A DNA stretch of 64,000 bases, taken from contig OZ286468.1 of the NCBI GenBank assembly GCA_965644265.1, positions 44,516,001 through 44,580,000 on the forward strand, read 5' to 3'. Source of the DNA: Glycera tridactyla (taxonomy: Eukaryota). Made by a program: the position numbers and the translations under genes. Below the pieces are notes generated by a model. The model ran no database searches and was not told the origin of the DNA. It saw only the letters and a program-made list of their open reading frames with translations. Shown here piece by piece: positions 39,713-53,394 of the stretch. Positions within the stretch are counted from its first letter, which is position 1; each line of letters starts with the position of its first letter.

Positions 39713-42700
39713 ATCTCGTATTATCGATGGATCCAGGGGATTGCATTTCATGTCACCATGACTGTTTTTTTCTTCGAATAATCAACTCCGTTAATCTTTT
39801 CGGAGGCGATTTCATCTTCACTACTTGAATGATGGACTGTGCAGAAAATGAGTGAGGCAGGGCAACAGTGAGAGCGGGTGAGAACACGAGCGGGCAATAG
39901 CAGAAAGAAGGACAGAGAAATCAGAAATTGGCGAGGTGGTAGGGAAGAAATATAAATAGGGAGAGTGAGGAAGGCAGATGAGAGAGGGAGAAGGCAAGAG
40001 ATCGTCAGAGAGGNNNNNNNNNNNNNNNNNNNNNNNNNNNNNNNNNNNNNNNNNNNNNNNNNNNNNNNNNNNNNNNNNNNNNNNNNNNNNNNNNNNNNNN
40101 NNNNNNNNNNNNNNNNNNNNNNNNNNNNNNNNNNNNNNNNNNNNNNNNNNNNNNNAATATAAGGGAGGAGAAATACGGATGTGGTACAAATAGGAGAGTG
40201 AAATTGAGAGCGGGAGATCTAATTGAATATGATAAGAGAGAAAAAATGTGAGAAGCAGAAGGGAGAAACTAGGAGAAGGGTGCCTTAGGTGGAGAGAGGG
40301 AAAGATAGAGACAGGGTGGGAGAATAACATAGAGAGGGGAAGAAAGAGAGATATACAGGCGGAAAAAGAGTGGGGGATGACAAGACAAAAGTTTTGGTTT
40401 CTGGAAGTCGGACTAAAGCGTGTCACAAGCTAGGAACCATGGGATTGCCTAGTGCGTCAAAAAGGCACCAGCTGTCACTTATCAGGCGCAGCTGTTCCCG
40501 GGTGATAATAGGTAATATCCATTATAGCGTTCCGTCAGTTATGTGAGATGTAAGAGGATAAAAGCGGATTGGCCACTATCTGTCTTTTACTCGCACGCAA
40601 TCATGCGGCAGTAAACTCCGCCCGCTTACCAGGAACATTTCTAAGCCAGGCCAGCACTTCCCTAGTATATACGATATCCTCATCTGATTTATCCCCGTGT
40701 GGCCCATGAAAGCAGTCTTCAAACCCACTCATTTCATCTCCAGGCAATAGAGAAGTTGCACACCCCTTTTCATCCCTCGAAAGTGACGTCTTAGTGTGAC
40801 TCTCACAGCTAACAGAAGAAAGGTACCCATGTTAGAATGGATTTTGAGGGCCTTTGCATGTAAGTGAATTCGTTTGTTTTTCCTATGTCATTTCTCATGT
40901 CATTTCGAATGTGGGAGAGAGATTGCGAGAAGACCAATCACTCACCCTCATCTGGCTGCTTTCACACATGTAACCGGAACTTTTTTTACCATATGTATGA
41001 TTCAGAATTTCTGCATTTTGAGAATATGTTCTTCAAGATCATCGATTGTTGCGTATTTCTCTCTACTGGCATATTATGTCGTATTCAAACTTGAGAAACG
41101 CTGACATCACTACGTAGGACTATTTTCTGTGACCATAATCTGGGGTTCTCTCAGCATCATCAGTCCTTGGCTCAATATATGCTGAACAATTTCAGAGCGG
41201 CATATCAAGAATGGATTAGTGTACGAGATTCGGTCATTTTTCCCGAATTGATCTACAGAAGTCTACCATTACATGAAGAGAACTGGTCACAAATTTGATG
41301 ATTACAAAGTGATAACACCGGATAATGAACAGAGATTTCACGAGAAAGGGGTCAAGAAAGCGAACAATGAAAGGATGCGGAAACCGTCATTAAAGAAAAG
41401 CTTGGAATACGATGTTCCTTGGAATGGAGCTGGGGTAGTTTGTTACAAATGCTGTCTATCACATGACGGCCTGAAGGGTTCGCAGACTGTCGAAGCCTAG
41501 AGATTCCAGCGGCAAAGTTACATTCATTGTGAGTAAAATGCCAGTTTCTTGACTTGAGTTTTCATATAGGAGTCACACTGGATTGATGAGAATATACATC
41601 CATACATCAAGCCATTCCATGTCAGTCTATATTAGTTATCACATCCGGATTGTAGTGTGTGTGCCTTTATTTTCATTGTTCTATTATGGTTCTTTCTCAT
41701 CTTTCTCTATCTTTTCTATAGTTGAGTTGTGGTTAGGTGATTCTACCATATAGCAGGTTATACTACCCCCGGGCTACTTGCTTCACGATGACGTTTTTGA
41801 GGATTGTATGTAAATTGAGTAAAATAATATATTAATCTGATCACTTCCTAATCTGATAATTACCTCTCTAACGAGAATTGATGAGCGTTGTCCGTACTCA
41901 AAAAGGACATTTTACTACATAGGATGATCCATTCCGGCTTTTGAAGGAGAGCTAGAATACTTCCAACCATTTGTTGGATGGTCACAATGAGGGGGTGAAT
42001 TGTCACATCAGCTGGGAAAATCTTTTCATATTAATAGAGAACATTGGTTATTGATAATTAGTCGAATTGGTGATTTCTTCCGCTCATAAACTGTACTTGA
42101 TTATCTGTCCTTCATTGTCTCTGAGGCAATTAGGGCCTTGATGCGATGGCACAGCCAACCAGACCATTGAGAGTCGTCCCTACAGTTCTTCTTCCAGCTT
42201 GTTTATGTTCCAGGTAGGCATGGCGCTTGCTTACATAATGCTAATCTTCAGCATCAGATACTATCAGCGTGATCATCTTACCATCATCACAGTAATTCAC
42301 CAGACCTGGATAAATAGCATATCAGCTAGCCAGCCAACTAGAGAGACAGTTAGATAGAGAGTTAGATATATGGATACATAGATGGATAAATGGAAGGATG
42401 GATAGATNNNNNNNNNNNNNNNNNNNNNNNNNNNNNNNNNNNNNNNNNNNNNNNNNNNNNNNNNNNNNNNNNNNNNNNNNNNNNNNNNNNNNNNNNNNNN
42501 NNNNNNNNNNNNNNNNNNNNNNNNNNNNNNNNNNNNNNNNNNNNNNNNNNNNNNNNNNNNNNNNNNNNNNNNNNNNNNNNNNNNNNNNNNNNNNNNNNNN
42601 NNNNNNNNNNNNNNNNNNNNNNNNNNNNNNNNNNTGCAAACTTTGTGTAATTATGACCCTTGTTTTGGACAATTAGGTACATCATGCAGCTGAACAGCCG

Positions 42701-43734
42701 TTTCAGATGGCAGTACAGATATCTGATGTATGCAAATCAGCAGAGTCTTCCAGCAGTAGCCATATTGCATGGATCGGATGCATGCGGACCCACACTGGCC
42801 AAGCAATGAGGATACGTTCATTCGAATACACAAACACTATCCTCGAAGTCAACACTATAAAATGGGGGAATATTCGTGTTTCCTTTACGAGAAATAACGT
42901 TTTTGAAATGACCTGATGTTGACAAAATGATGTTCGCATCTATCAAATTCACTATCATTGTCTTAAAATGAAAGCGAGTCCACCCTCATGTATCGCCTAT
43001 GACCCGCCACCTTCCAGGAATAACAGCATGGACAACATTTCTCTGGAATCGCCTTGGATATCCAGCGCTCATTATTGGCTTATTGACGTCTAGCCTAATA
43101 AGTTTGATATAGTAGACGATGTCGTCCGCTAATCCGATACCAAGTAATAATTCCATTAATCCAACCTAGCCAGTGTTGGTTTCACATGAAGTATTTTATG
43201 GTATGCTCTCTTGGTTGCTTGGATATCAACATCATGCATCTCACCTTTAGATTATATGGGAAATGTTTTCCGAACCCATGAGAATCGTCGATTTCACGCA
43301 ACATTCTCACAGATCAAAGAAGAATGATGACACCCTAATATGACTCGGATATTATTATCCTATTCAGAGAATAATCAAATAGAAGATCAGTCCTCAGTTG
43401 ATATGGTCACACGCGAAGTGTCTTGGCCTCTTCAGCTATGAGTGGGCAATCTAAAGGCATGTCTTCGACACATTCAGGAGCTGTTGGGTCGTACTATTAT
43501 TTTCATTTGAAAAACTTTATTTATACTCGAATATACAAAATAACCCCATGAAAGAGGCTTTTCCATGGAACTTTTCATGAGTCGAAAAAAGTCTCTTCTT
43601 CCTGGCTACATGGTGATGGGTAAAGTACAGACACCCTAGGTATCATCCTCTGCTCCTTGACTCAATCCTCTACAATCTCTGTCTGTGTGTCTATCTTTCC
43701 GTCTGTTTGTCTGTGTCTCTCTTTTTCTACTTCT

Positions 43735-43803
<69 letters not shown>

Positions 43804-43816
43804 CCTCTCTCTCTCT
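43735..43816. repeat. (CT)n microsatellite
   Basis: Directly visible. It produces the SL/RE-repeat ORFs. Confidence 0.98.
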
Positions 43817-46415
43817 ATGAAATTGAGTCCAAACTGGTTCATCAGAGTTGGAATACAGTTGAAGGCCTGCATAGTTTTGAATTTGTGTTCGCCATACATC
43901 GATGCCCATAGTTTCCTTGATCTCAGGACGATTTGGGATCTCCCTGTAGCACATGGTATATATGGGATCTCACATCCGAGCAAGACGGGTCCCCATATAA
44001 CTCCTGTAATTGATTTAATGCCATGCACAAGCTAGGCAATTTAGTGTATCGTATCAAGATTTGTGGCACTTGTGGATCTCCATGTCAGCAATGACACTAA
44101 AGTAAATCTCTGTAAGATTATCTTGCATCACCCAGGCGCCATTGATTCGCAATATGTGATCACTCCAGTCGATATTGAAGCATTGATGGTGATTCTCTGG
44201 AGTTAAAATATATATGTCTATATATAAATTAGCAGTTTTCGTATTACTAAAGGCGCGCAAACATCAAATGATATAAGAATTCCTACATTAGGCTCACCTG
44301 CTTATATTCATTTGATCACTAAATTGATTTGATAGAACTGATGGATGCTGACAAGATTCAATCATATTCAACAGGCTCGATATTTCGATTCGATTCATGA
44401 ATTTTGATGAACGAGACGCTGCTTCATGCGAGTAACCTATCGCACGGTATGAGAGCAATTAATCTGGGAAGCCGATATCCGTGCACTATATTCACGTGTA
44501 TTCGCCCCACTTGCCTGACATTGTTGTTGACAAGTGTTTTATTACTTTTTCTCAAAGATATCGCAATTCACCCAGATGTATCATCGGTGATATGGAGTGA
44601 GCTTGAGTGTTTTCTTTTACTACCTGCTCGAAAGTATTGATAGCTTATGAGTTTTCGCAGCATTCGCTCTGTGGTGAATAATATTAAAGAAATTACAAGA
44701 TGGCGCGTAGTAAACAGATCATTCCACGGAGTTTTTGGTTGGTTACCTCATAAAGATGAGGGGTCCAAATGTCCGTCCAAAGAAGACGACTGTGACACGT
44801 TTTTTGGCCTTATGATATTCGAGATGTATAGCAGGATGGTATGATGTGTCGTGGTTCCGTCCAGAGATGTCTGTCATGAGATAACGCTGATTATTGAAGC
44901 TCATTCGAAGCCAACTTACCCGAAAAAAGAATGCCATTCAACAACCCTATATTCATCTGATGCTGTGACGCTAGTGAATCTCAACTTTGAGTATTCAGTG
45001 ATATTTATGTTAGATAAATAGTTGGTGTAATTGGTCGCAGGTTTCACTCAGCCACTCATTTTCGAAATCCTTTGCATATATACAAGGAGAATAAACTTAA
45101 TCGGGTCTGGGTACACCCATTCTATTCATGAGTTTTCGACAACAGTCATTTTTCTCCATTTGTATTTACATGTGAGTATTGTTGTATTCAATTGAATTGA
45201 ACATGGAAGAAGTATTGTAGATGAACACATTTCTATCCTCAGTCTTCCCTACTTTCTTCTGCCAAGACCCGGCCTCCTTGCAGCTCTAATTCTGGCCCAA
45301 ACCTACTCCCAACGACCCCATTTGCAAAACCAATTCCTCAATTATTAACATCTTCTCTCATGCCTGTCATCTGTCATCCACATAAGAATAGCTTAACATT
45401 CGGGATTGATTATGTATGTTACGCATGTAAATTAAGTTATATCATATCATATCCCACTCTATTCTATTGGTAGACGATATGAGATTAGATGCATGGTAAT
45501 TTTTTGTCGGTGTCATGCGGTAGGAAATTGTCGTTCTAGAAAATGGGGGTTAGGAACAATCAACAAACAAATGCCAGCACATCTTGCACACACGGAACGC
45601 CTTTCTCTCCTGTAATCCTACTTTATATGGACGACAAGGGAGGTGCAAGTTAGTAACTCTAGTTTATCAATCAATAATGTCGAATTACTTGCAAGCGAAT
45701 GGAGCTATATCAGCAATCTTGTTGGACGTTTGCAGTCACATGTGGCTATCGTTTGATATCAACTCTGGCAGCGCACTATCTATACACAAGACAAATAGGG
45801 GATGGAGAACATCCAAGCTTATCATGAATTCTGGTGTAAACACAAATACGAAAAAGCACACCATTCCTCCCTCTGGTCAGATACGCACCATGCCACATGA
45901 ACTTTCCCATAGTAGTAGCGGAAATATTTCTTTCGAATTTGTGTCGAGCATATAAATGTACTCGATTCATCGATGACCAGAAGAAAGTGTTCGACTCCTT
46001 AATTTGAGAAATTGGAACCCAAGTTGAAAATCTGCAAGAAGCTTGTCCTTGCAGCAACTAAGAATTCAAGCGTCTCGATCTAGTGGAGGCCAAGAATCTT
46101 AGAAGAGTGATAAGGTTGAGGAGTTTCCGGCTAGCGAAAACAAATCGTATGTTTCCATTTCCATGTTGGCTAACCGATTACGTGCATGTGGCTTTTTCTC
46201 ATTTCGAATGAGAGCACTATTTCTCCGAACTTTTTGTCCTCTTTCTTCGAGGAACTTCAAACAGCACTTTATCATTGCGAGGCTAGTAACCCATTACCAT
46301 CATACACCTGATGCTTTCTTTGCTTCCCCAACAAAAAAATCATCTCAACTTGGAACTGGTGTCTGAATCATTATGATGGTCTGAAGTTTCCCTCAACGCA
46401 GTCTTCGAATTTAGC

Positions 46416-46810
46416 CACTCTCCCGAATCCCAGTGAGAATGAATTCGGTTTCGGGAGAGTGAAAAGACCGAACTTACTCTCCCGATGGGAGAGTGTAAAT
46501 TTTTCAGTTGTCAAGAATGTTATGTTTTTTTTTGTGAAGACAGAATTGACTCCTACAACAAAAACCCTATTCCCTGCAAGAAGTCGTTGCATATACACAT
46601 GCACCTGCACATGTTTGATTCTGAAGAACGAACCTGTATGAAAAATTGGTTGGTGTTCACTCACATGGCGGATAAGTTGGAATTCACGTCATGACAAGGC
46701 GTTTACTCACACAAATGTCTCGCTCTCTCCAGATAGCCTAGATTGAGCTTGTTTTCCTTTCAATTTTTGAACAAATTCGGGAGAGTGAATCTATTTTCGG
46801 GAGAGTGAAT
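46416..46810. mobile_element. Probable non-autonomous DNA-transposon end or remnant with repeated TCGGGAGAGTG motifs
   Basis: Six copies or partial copies of (T)TCGGGAGAGTG in both orientations at 46416, 46450, 46475/46487, 46776 and 46796. Confidence 0.4.
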
Positions 46811-48254
46811 TGTCCAGTCTGATCTCACGATGGAAGAGTGACTGAAACAGGTTTTCGTGAAGACTGCTCAACGGGACGCTATCAACTTATTATTCACTAT
46901 TCCCCCTGCACAATTCATTGAAAGAACCATAACCACCATACTCATCAAATATTTACATTGTGGGTTGATCATGGTCGGTGAGTTAGAACCAAACATCAAA
47001 AGTTTTCCTCAGATTTCCACAGCATCATCCATCAAAACACCATTACTGATGATTTTTCTTTGCTTTCTAAATGAACATCTCACTTGCGTACGAGTGAGAG
47101 CTATATCTCCACGAAGACTATATTCATTTCCGAGAAGAACCTTTCACACCTTATGCACAATACCTGTTTAGTTCTATTCATTATTTCCAAGTTAGGAGGG
47201 GGGGGGGGTGTCAGTGATTCTCTCCTTCCTCACTTTCCCAATGTGGTCAGGTAGCCATCCTGGAGATTCGTAGATGCTGAATGTGTGTCTTTCTCCGCAG
47301 TTATTCTATTAATAGATTAAGGGTGTTGAAATCGCGAAAGAGGGCGTTATTTCCGCGACATCGGTAACAGTATGATTTTGATCAACAAACACAATAGTAT
47401 GCTCATATCTCTCATTCGCATCCATGATATTCTCCCAATTCATTGAGGGTTATTACGGGTAGCATGTGTTGTTTTGATGTGCAGTGCACAGATATACGGC
47501 TCGGACGATGGGGACATATGCATACACAGATATATATCAATTGTCCATATGTTTTTTTTTAAAGAACTTCTCATCATCTCTACACCTTCCCCATACTCCC
47601 CACCTTTCCGATTGCCAGACATTTATTCCACAGGAAGATAATGGTCTGAGAATGATCGATCTGGATATACTTGACTCACAAATATATCGAAAGATTTATG
47701 GTGGGAGACTGCGATATGATTGAAGCCCGGATACTGCGAGCATACCTTCTCTCGGCGTTCATTGATTCGAATCATAAGGTGTTCATCAAGTTTTGAGACA
47801 TTAGACGTCATTCGATTCATAAATCAATCGGATCTCTATTCTCTCAACAAGGATCTGACTTTGATTCAATATTTGAGTATCTCACTTGATCATTTAGTAT
47901 TCCAACTTGGCGATAGAGAATTCATAGGCGTTGAGTATTGTCGTTGGACGCAAGGTTGAACATGAAACTCGATATTTTCAGAGCTTTGGAAGTGATTCCT
48001 GATCCGATTTGACCACACTATGATGTAGATAAGGCGAATTGAATACATTGATTTTGAGGGTATTCCCTTTACCATGGCCGCCTTCTTAGCACTAGATTCA
48101 CAATAAAAATGTTCATTGCCGATGTCATTTCTGTAGTCGATTATACTACATCATTGAAATATCATTTTTGTTGTAGGTACGTTGGACATGTGACATCCAT
48201 GAATTACTTTCGATGACAGGTAGTTACCAATCCATTCCATTATGCTTCTGGATA

Positions 48255-48460
48255 GTAAGACAGACAGAGACCGATAGACAGGCAGGTGGATGGACTGACA
48301 GACAGACATACAGACAGACATACAGACAGGCACACAGACACGCACACAGACACGCACTCAGACACGCACACAGACACGCACAGACACACTTAAATACACA
48401 GCGGAGGGAAAGCCAGGCAGGACATACATGCAGACAATCAGTCAGACAGATGGACAGACA
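48255..48460. repeat. (CAGA/GACA/CACAGACACG)n low-complexity repeat
   Basis: Directly visible. Confidence 0.9.
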
Positions 48461-49469
48461 GATCAACTTCGTAAAAATACGATCCATCAAAGGCTCAACT
48501 TCTTCTCGTAGTTCTTAACGATCGTGAACAATCTTACCGTTCTCTTTGTGGATTCAATGGGTGTTCTCAATGGTTCGAAAGGCCACCTCTAATATTGCAC
48601 CTGGGTATGGGACATACAGCTCCCATCCATCAACCTCCCAGACAGAAGTGTCGATGTCTATTATCTTGGAGCATTTTTCTTTCAATCATTATAATATGCC
48701 CCTCCCAGCCCTGTCTTACCTTTCCTTGCTTTCTGTCAACCTCTCTAGTTTTCGTTCTCTATTTCCTCCTCCGTGGTTCACTGATGGTAGCCTCTGGATT
48801 GGTCCGAAGTGAAGAGTGAGAACCGTCCTCATGTGTCACAACATACCACGATGAGTGATATCAACCGAACCTACGAAGAAAATAATACTTCTTCATCATA
48901 TGATTAACAGACACGCCCAGAACTGAATTGTGGATGAAGCATAACACTAGGTGAGCCTATCACTGCAAATAATGCAATTCCCTGAAATACGAAATGAAGC
49001 CTTGTCAAATGCCTTGGAAAATCGTATGATCATCAAGATCAGTCGCGAAATCCTTGTTGTGTATGTGATCAAGGCGGTGGCTTTCATAGCAGCTGAACCA
49101 GGACAATATGCCATCTAATATATCAGCATATTTATCGCATTGATAACTTTCTGGCACATCAACAGCATCGCATGCATACAAATATTCCATAATCGGCAGT
49201 TCATTATCGGCCAAGTACTAGGAATAGAAAACTCAATTCATCATCTTACAAGCTTGATACCTTAGTGGTTTCCATGCATAGGAATGTCGGCATAACGCCT
49301 GTCTTCTACTCGATGCTAGAAAGCCATCCCTACATGTATGATCTCTCTCGCAGTCTGCAACAACGTAACAACATTGCTGACAAAAATGCCCGATACCTGA
49401 GTGAATTTATAAGAATGGTAACTAGATGCAAGAAAGATTGGGAGTGTCGGAGTAGCAAATTGACAAACC

Positions 49470-49640
49470 AAGAGAGACGGGCAGACCGACATACAGATAG
49501 ACAAATGAGCAGGCAGGCAAACGGACATACAAACGGACAAGCAGACAGGCAGGCGGGCAGGCAGGCAGACAGGCAGACAGACAGGCACCCACACCCACAC
49601 CCACACACACATACACACATTCACATCAGGGACAGATTGG
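49470..49640. repeat. (CAGA/CAGG)n and (CACCCA)n low-complexity repeat
   Basis: Directly visible. Confidence 0.9.
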
Positions 49641-50884
49641 CAGACCGAGGGAGAGACAAGTGACTGAGCGTTCGATTCTCACGATCTCTTTCAAAATGAT
49701 GGTCATATTGGACGCTTAAACCTCCTCCAGGAAGTGCTACTCGTGACACTGGAAAAGTGTTTGGTTATGACTCATATAGTATCAAATCAAGAAATCATCA
49801 ATCTGATAATACATAAGTCCAAGATTGATCGAATTTATCTGAAAACTGATGAGTATGCAAAGGTACATGTAGCATACTAGTTGCATGCTGATCCGAGGAA
49901 GAGAACAGAGAGAATAGGTTAGAATTTTTTATAATGTATGCAACATGACAGAATGGAATAAGAACAATTATTTTGACTGATTCAGGAACATGTCGGCCTT
50001 TCAATATACGGTAGGCATTTCCTGAAGCATACACACATTTGTGTCATTTGGGAAATATTCATGTCATATTGCGATCAGTTCATTTTTTAGTGTATACAAC
50101 AAATCAGCCTATAGGGCATGCATGATCATCCGCAGTTTCACCTGAACATGGATGAGACCATGACCCTCATCTTAACCGTCTGATAATCAAAGATGCACTA
50201 TATCATAATCCAGAATGCCCATAACCACTGTAATTAATCATTCCTGACAAATGCTGACCATCATGAACTTAGATAATAACAATAAAGCTGACATGTATTC
50301 ATGAACCCGACCTGTCTGTCAATAAAACTAGATTAGTTTCGTTCTGGTAGAATGATATCAGTGACAGAATAGGTATCCAGTCTCCGAACAAAAACAGCCG
50401 TTAATGAAATATCCATCTATTTCCCTTTTAATCTGGCAGTGTTCTGTATCTGCATGCCGAGCTTGATTTAGCGAGTGGGAAAAACGTTTACAAATGACTC
50501 ATTTTTCGCGAAGCAATTCGCAGCATTGCACAGGATAAACAAGAATACAATTATTCGTACAAGAATACTAACGCATTATTCATGTCAATGTAAAAATTCC
50601 TATCAATTTTTTATCTCACATAAAAGATGGATGAAGAGAATATATCATGGGAGCATGTCTGCTCTTGGAAAAAGTGATTAGCTCATGATGGTATTTATTA
50701 TGATATTCAGAAAATGAATATTGCATACAAATTCATATTCCGCTGAAATGATTATAATTCTACCGGATACTTGATATTATCAACCTTCTCAAGATCTACA
50801 CACTTTTCATTCATGCAATTTGGTCCATTCCCTATCCTACATACTTTAAACATCGATCTTTTTCGTCATTTCATTCGCCACCGC

Positions 50885-50967
<83 letters not shown>

Positions 50968-50995
50968 ACATCTTCATCATCGGCATCATCATCAT
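50885..50995. repeat. (CAT)n trinucleotide microsatellite
   Basis: Directly visible. It produces the poly-H, poly-M and poly-D ORFs. Confidence 0.98.
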
Positions 50996-52108
50996 TACGG
51001 GGGCTTTGCATGAAAACCTGGGCAGCAGTAGCAGATACAAAAGCAACCTTGTGTCCATATGTCACGGAGAATAGCAATATCATCTCTCGAAAAGGCATTT
51101 TTGAAAGAACTCCTGCGATATTGAGTTGATGGTGCATGACCTTACTCGATAATATGGCTTGGTGGAATGTGAGAAATTGAATAGGAGAGTGCGTCAGAGT
51201 AGCCAGGCTATCTTAAAGACAACATTTTTATGACCTCGCTTTTTGCTGGCCTTGTCTGTGAGGTCAGACTTGATGCGAGGTGCTCCCCACTTTCTGTCAT
51301 CTTGTCACCATCCTTGAAGCGTTGTCTTCCTAACAACGGCTTTCTACTTCGGCCAGCCTAGCCCCGTATCCGGTCACTTTGACCAGCTTCCTGTTAATTG
51401 AATTCTCGCTGCCACTGCCAGTGTTCGTGTCACTGTGATGTGCCAGTGATTCAAGGCATGCTAGCTCAGCTTCCCAAAGTTGGAGAATGGAATATAATGA
51501 TGACAATAACAGTGGTGTTGTGTATTCATTGTTGAAGTNNNNNNNNNNNNNNNNNNNNNNNNNNNNNNNNNNNNNNNNNNNNNNNNNNNNNNNNNNNNNN
51601 NNNNNNNNNNNNNNNNNNNNNNNNNNNNNNNNNNNNNNNNNNNNNNNNNNNNNNNNNNNNNNNNNNNNNATTACAATGGAATCAACCCGCGAACAGATAT
51701 AATGATTTCGAGAGTTGTGGGACAACAGTTTTCAGAGAGATAGTGAAAAAGGTTTTGCATATTGGAACTGAGTAACATACAGGGATCATCAGACAGATCC
51801 TGTGGTAATATCAATCGAGATGTATGCTTGTGGTTTCACTCATCATCCACTCATCATCTGTCATATTCATTTTCATACTCATATCTATACCATCTTGTGT
51901 GGTAAAAGTCTGGATATATAGATAAATGGAAGCTATGACTGTGTATAAAATTCTCGGATTCGTAATACATATATGGATACTATAGACGAGAGGCATGGTA
52001 GTTTAGAGAACAAGCAGACTTGAAATAAAGGAAATTCAATCAATCAATATCACAGAGGATTGAGTTTTCATGAGGATAGTATTCTCACTGAAACAAGGTG
52101 TTTTGTCA

Positions 52109-52247
52109 ACCATAGGAAGGGAAAATCTCAAATTTGAGGGGCATGCAGGCGATGTGATTGTCATGGCGGTAGTAGGAGTGTTATGGTTGGCAGTAGTGGG
52201 CCTGAGTGATATGTATTACAGAGCAGCCTATTACAAAGTGTTATGGT

Positions 52248-52292
<45 letters not shown>

Positions 52293-52503
52293 GATTTGAC
52301 AGGTTGTACTGAGATATTATAGAAGGGCCAAAAAAGGCTGAGGTTCTCTGTGAGGTTTGCATTCTGGTCGGGACAGAATGCATTGGTCTACCATAGCAGG
52401 GAAAATCCCAAATCTAAGGGGCAGGCGATGTGATTGTCATGGCGGTACTAGGAGTGTTATGGCTGGCAGTAGTGGACCTGAGTGATATGTATTACAACAG
52501 CAG
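52109..52503. repeat. Diverged direct duplication (~115 bp, offset 281) with (GAT)n between the copies
   Basis: The block accatag..gggaaaatc..caggcgatgtgattgtcatggcggta.taggagtgttatgg.tggcagtagtgg.cctgagtgatatgtattaca occurs at 52109-52227 and 52390-52503. (GAT)n lies at ~52248-52292. Confidence 0.9.
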
Positions 52504-52837
52504 CTTCACTTACTGGCCTCTTCAACGTGGAGCATGCGACCCCTGTCAAATTAATCACGCAATCGAACACAAAGCACAATTATGTCGCCCTCCGCGTGAC
52601 AGACCACTATGTCACATCGGATAATGCCTGATCCTACATGATGAAACATTCTACTCAACCAGCCTCACACCCCTCACTCTCCAAAGAGACATGTACAAAT
52701 ACCGAAACTTTATATTGCATAAGTTCATGTCATACAAAGTATTTACACTTGACCTGACTGGTTATATTACGTGCCCCTGCAAACATTGCGAATATTTAGA
52801 TAAACGAATGACAGCAACAACAAATTTAAGTTGGTAT

Positions 52838-53086
52838 CTACAAGATTCATCATATTGCGGGAGAGCTTGCTCTGACAGAATATGAGTATGGTACAATTAT
52901 TAGTTCAAATACGAGTACAATTACAAACACAACCTAATAACTAATATGAGCGAATGTCAGCCACCACGATTTATAGTTATTGTTTACAAGATTCGTCATA
53001 TTGCGGGACAGTGTGATGTGACAAACATATAAGTATGATACAATTACGAGTTTAGATACGAGTACAAGTACAAATACGACCCTAAG
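52838..53086. repeat. Diverged tandem duplication (~100 bp, offset ~146)
   Basis: The block tacaagattc.tcatattgcggga..g..tg.t.tgaca.a.atat.agtatg.tacaatta..agtt.a.atacgagtacaa occurs twice. Confidence 0.85.
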
Positions 53087-53341
53087 CAACCTTCTCGGAG
53101 ATTGATATCTAATTGTACATGTAATAATTCATCATCTGTTATCCGCATCCCGCTCACCTGGGTTACCACTCCCTTTCCTGAGCAAGTTATGCGTGTTTGA
53201 AAATATCATTTGTTTGTTTGAATGTTCAAATTGGAATGAACGAGTTATAGACTACAGATATTCAAGTCATTCCATTATGCTGAATACGATGCTGGTAGAG
53301 AATCTCGATAAAAATTCATATTTTATTCATGTTATGGTTTA

Positions 53342-53394
53342 ATGATGATGATGATGATGATGATGATGAAAATGATGATGATGATGATGATGAC
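53342..53394. repeat. (GAT)n microsatellite
   Basis: Directly visible. Confidence 0.97.

Noticed and set aside
48540-48602. Minus-strand segment with good acceptor and donor (tcccatacccag|..ACG|gtaaga)
   Set aside because: All three frames contain stops. It could only be non-coding, and nothing supports that.
50771-51137. Poly-His, poly-Met and poly-Asp ORFs
   Set aside because: They are translations of a (CAT)n microsatellite.
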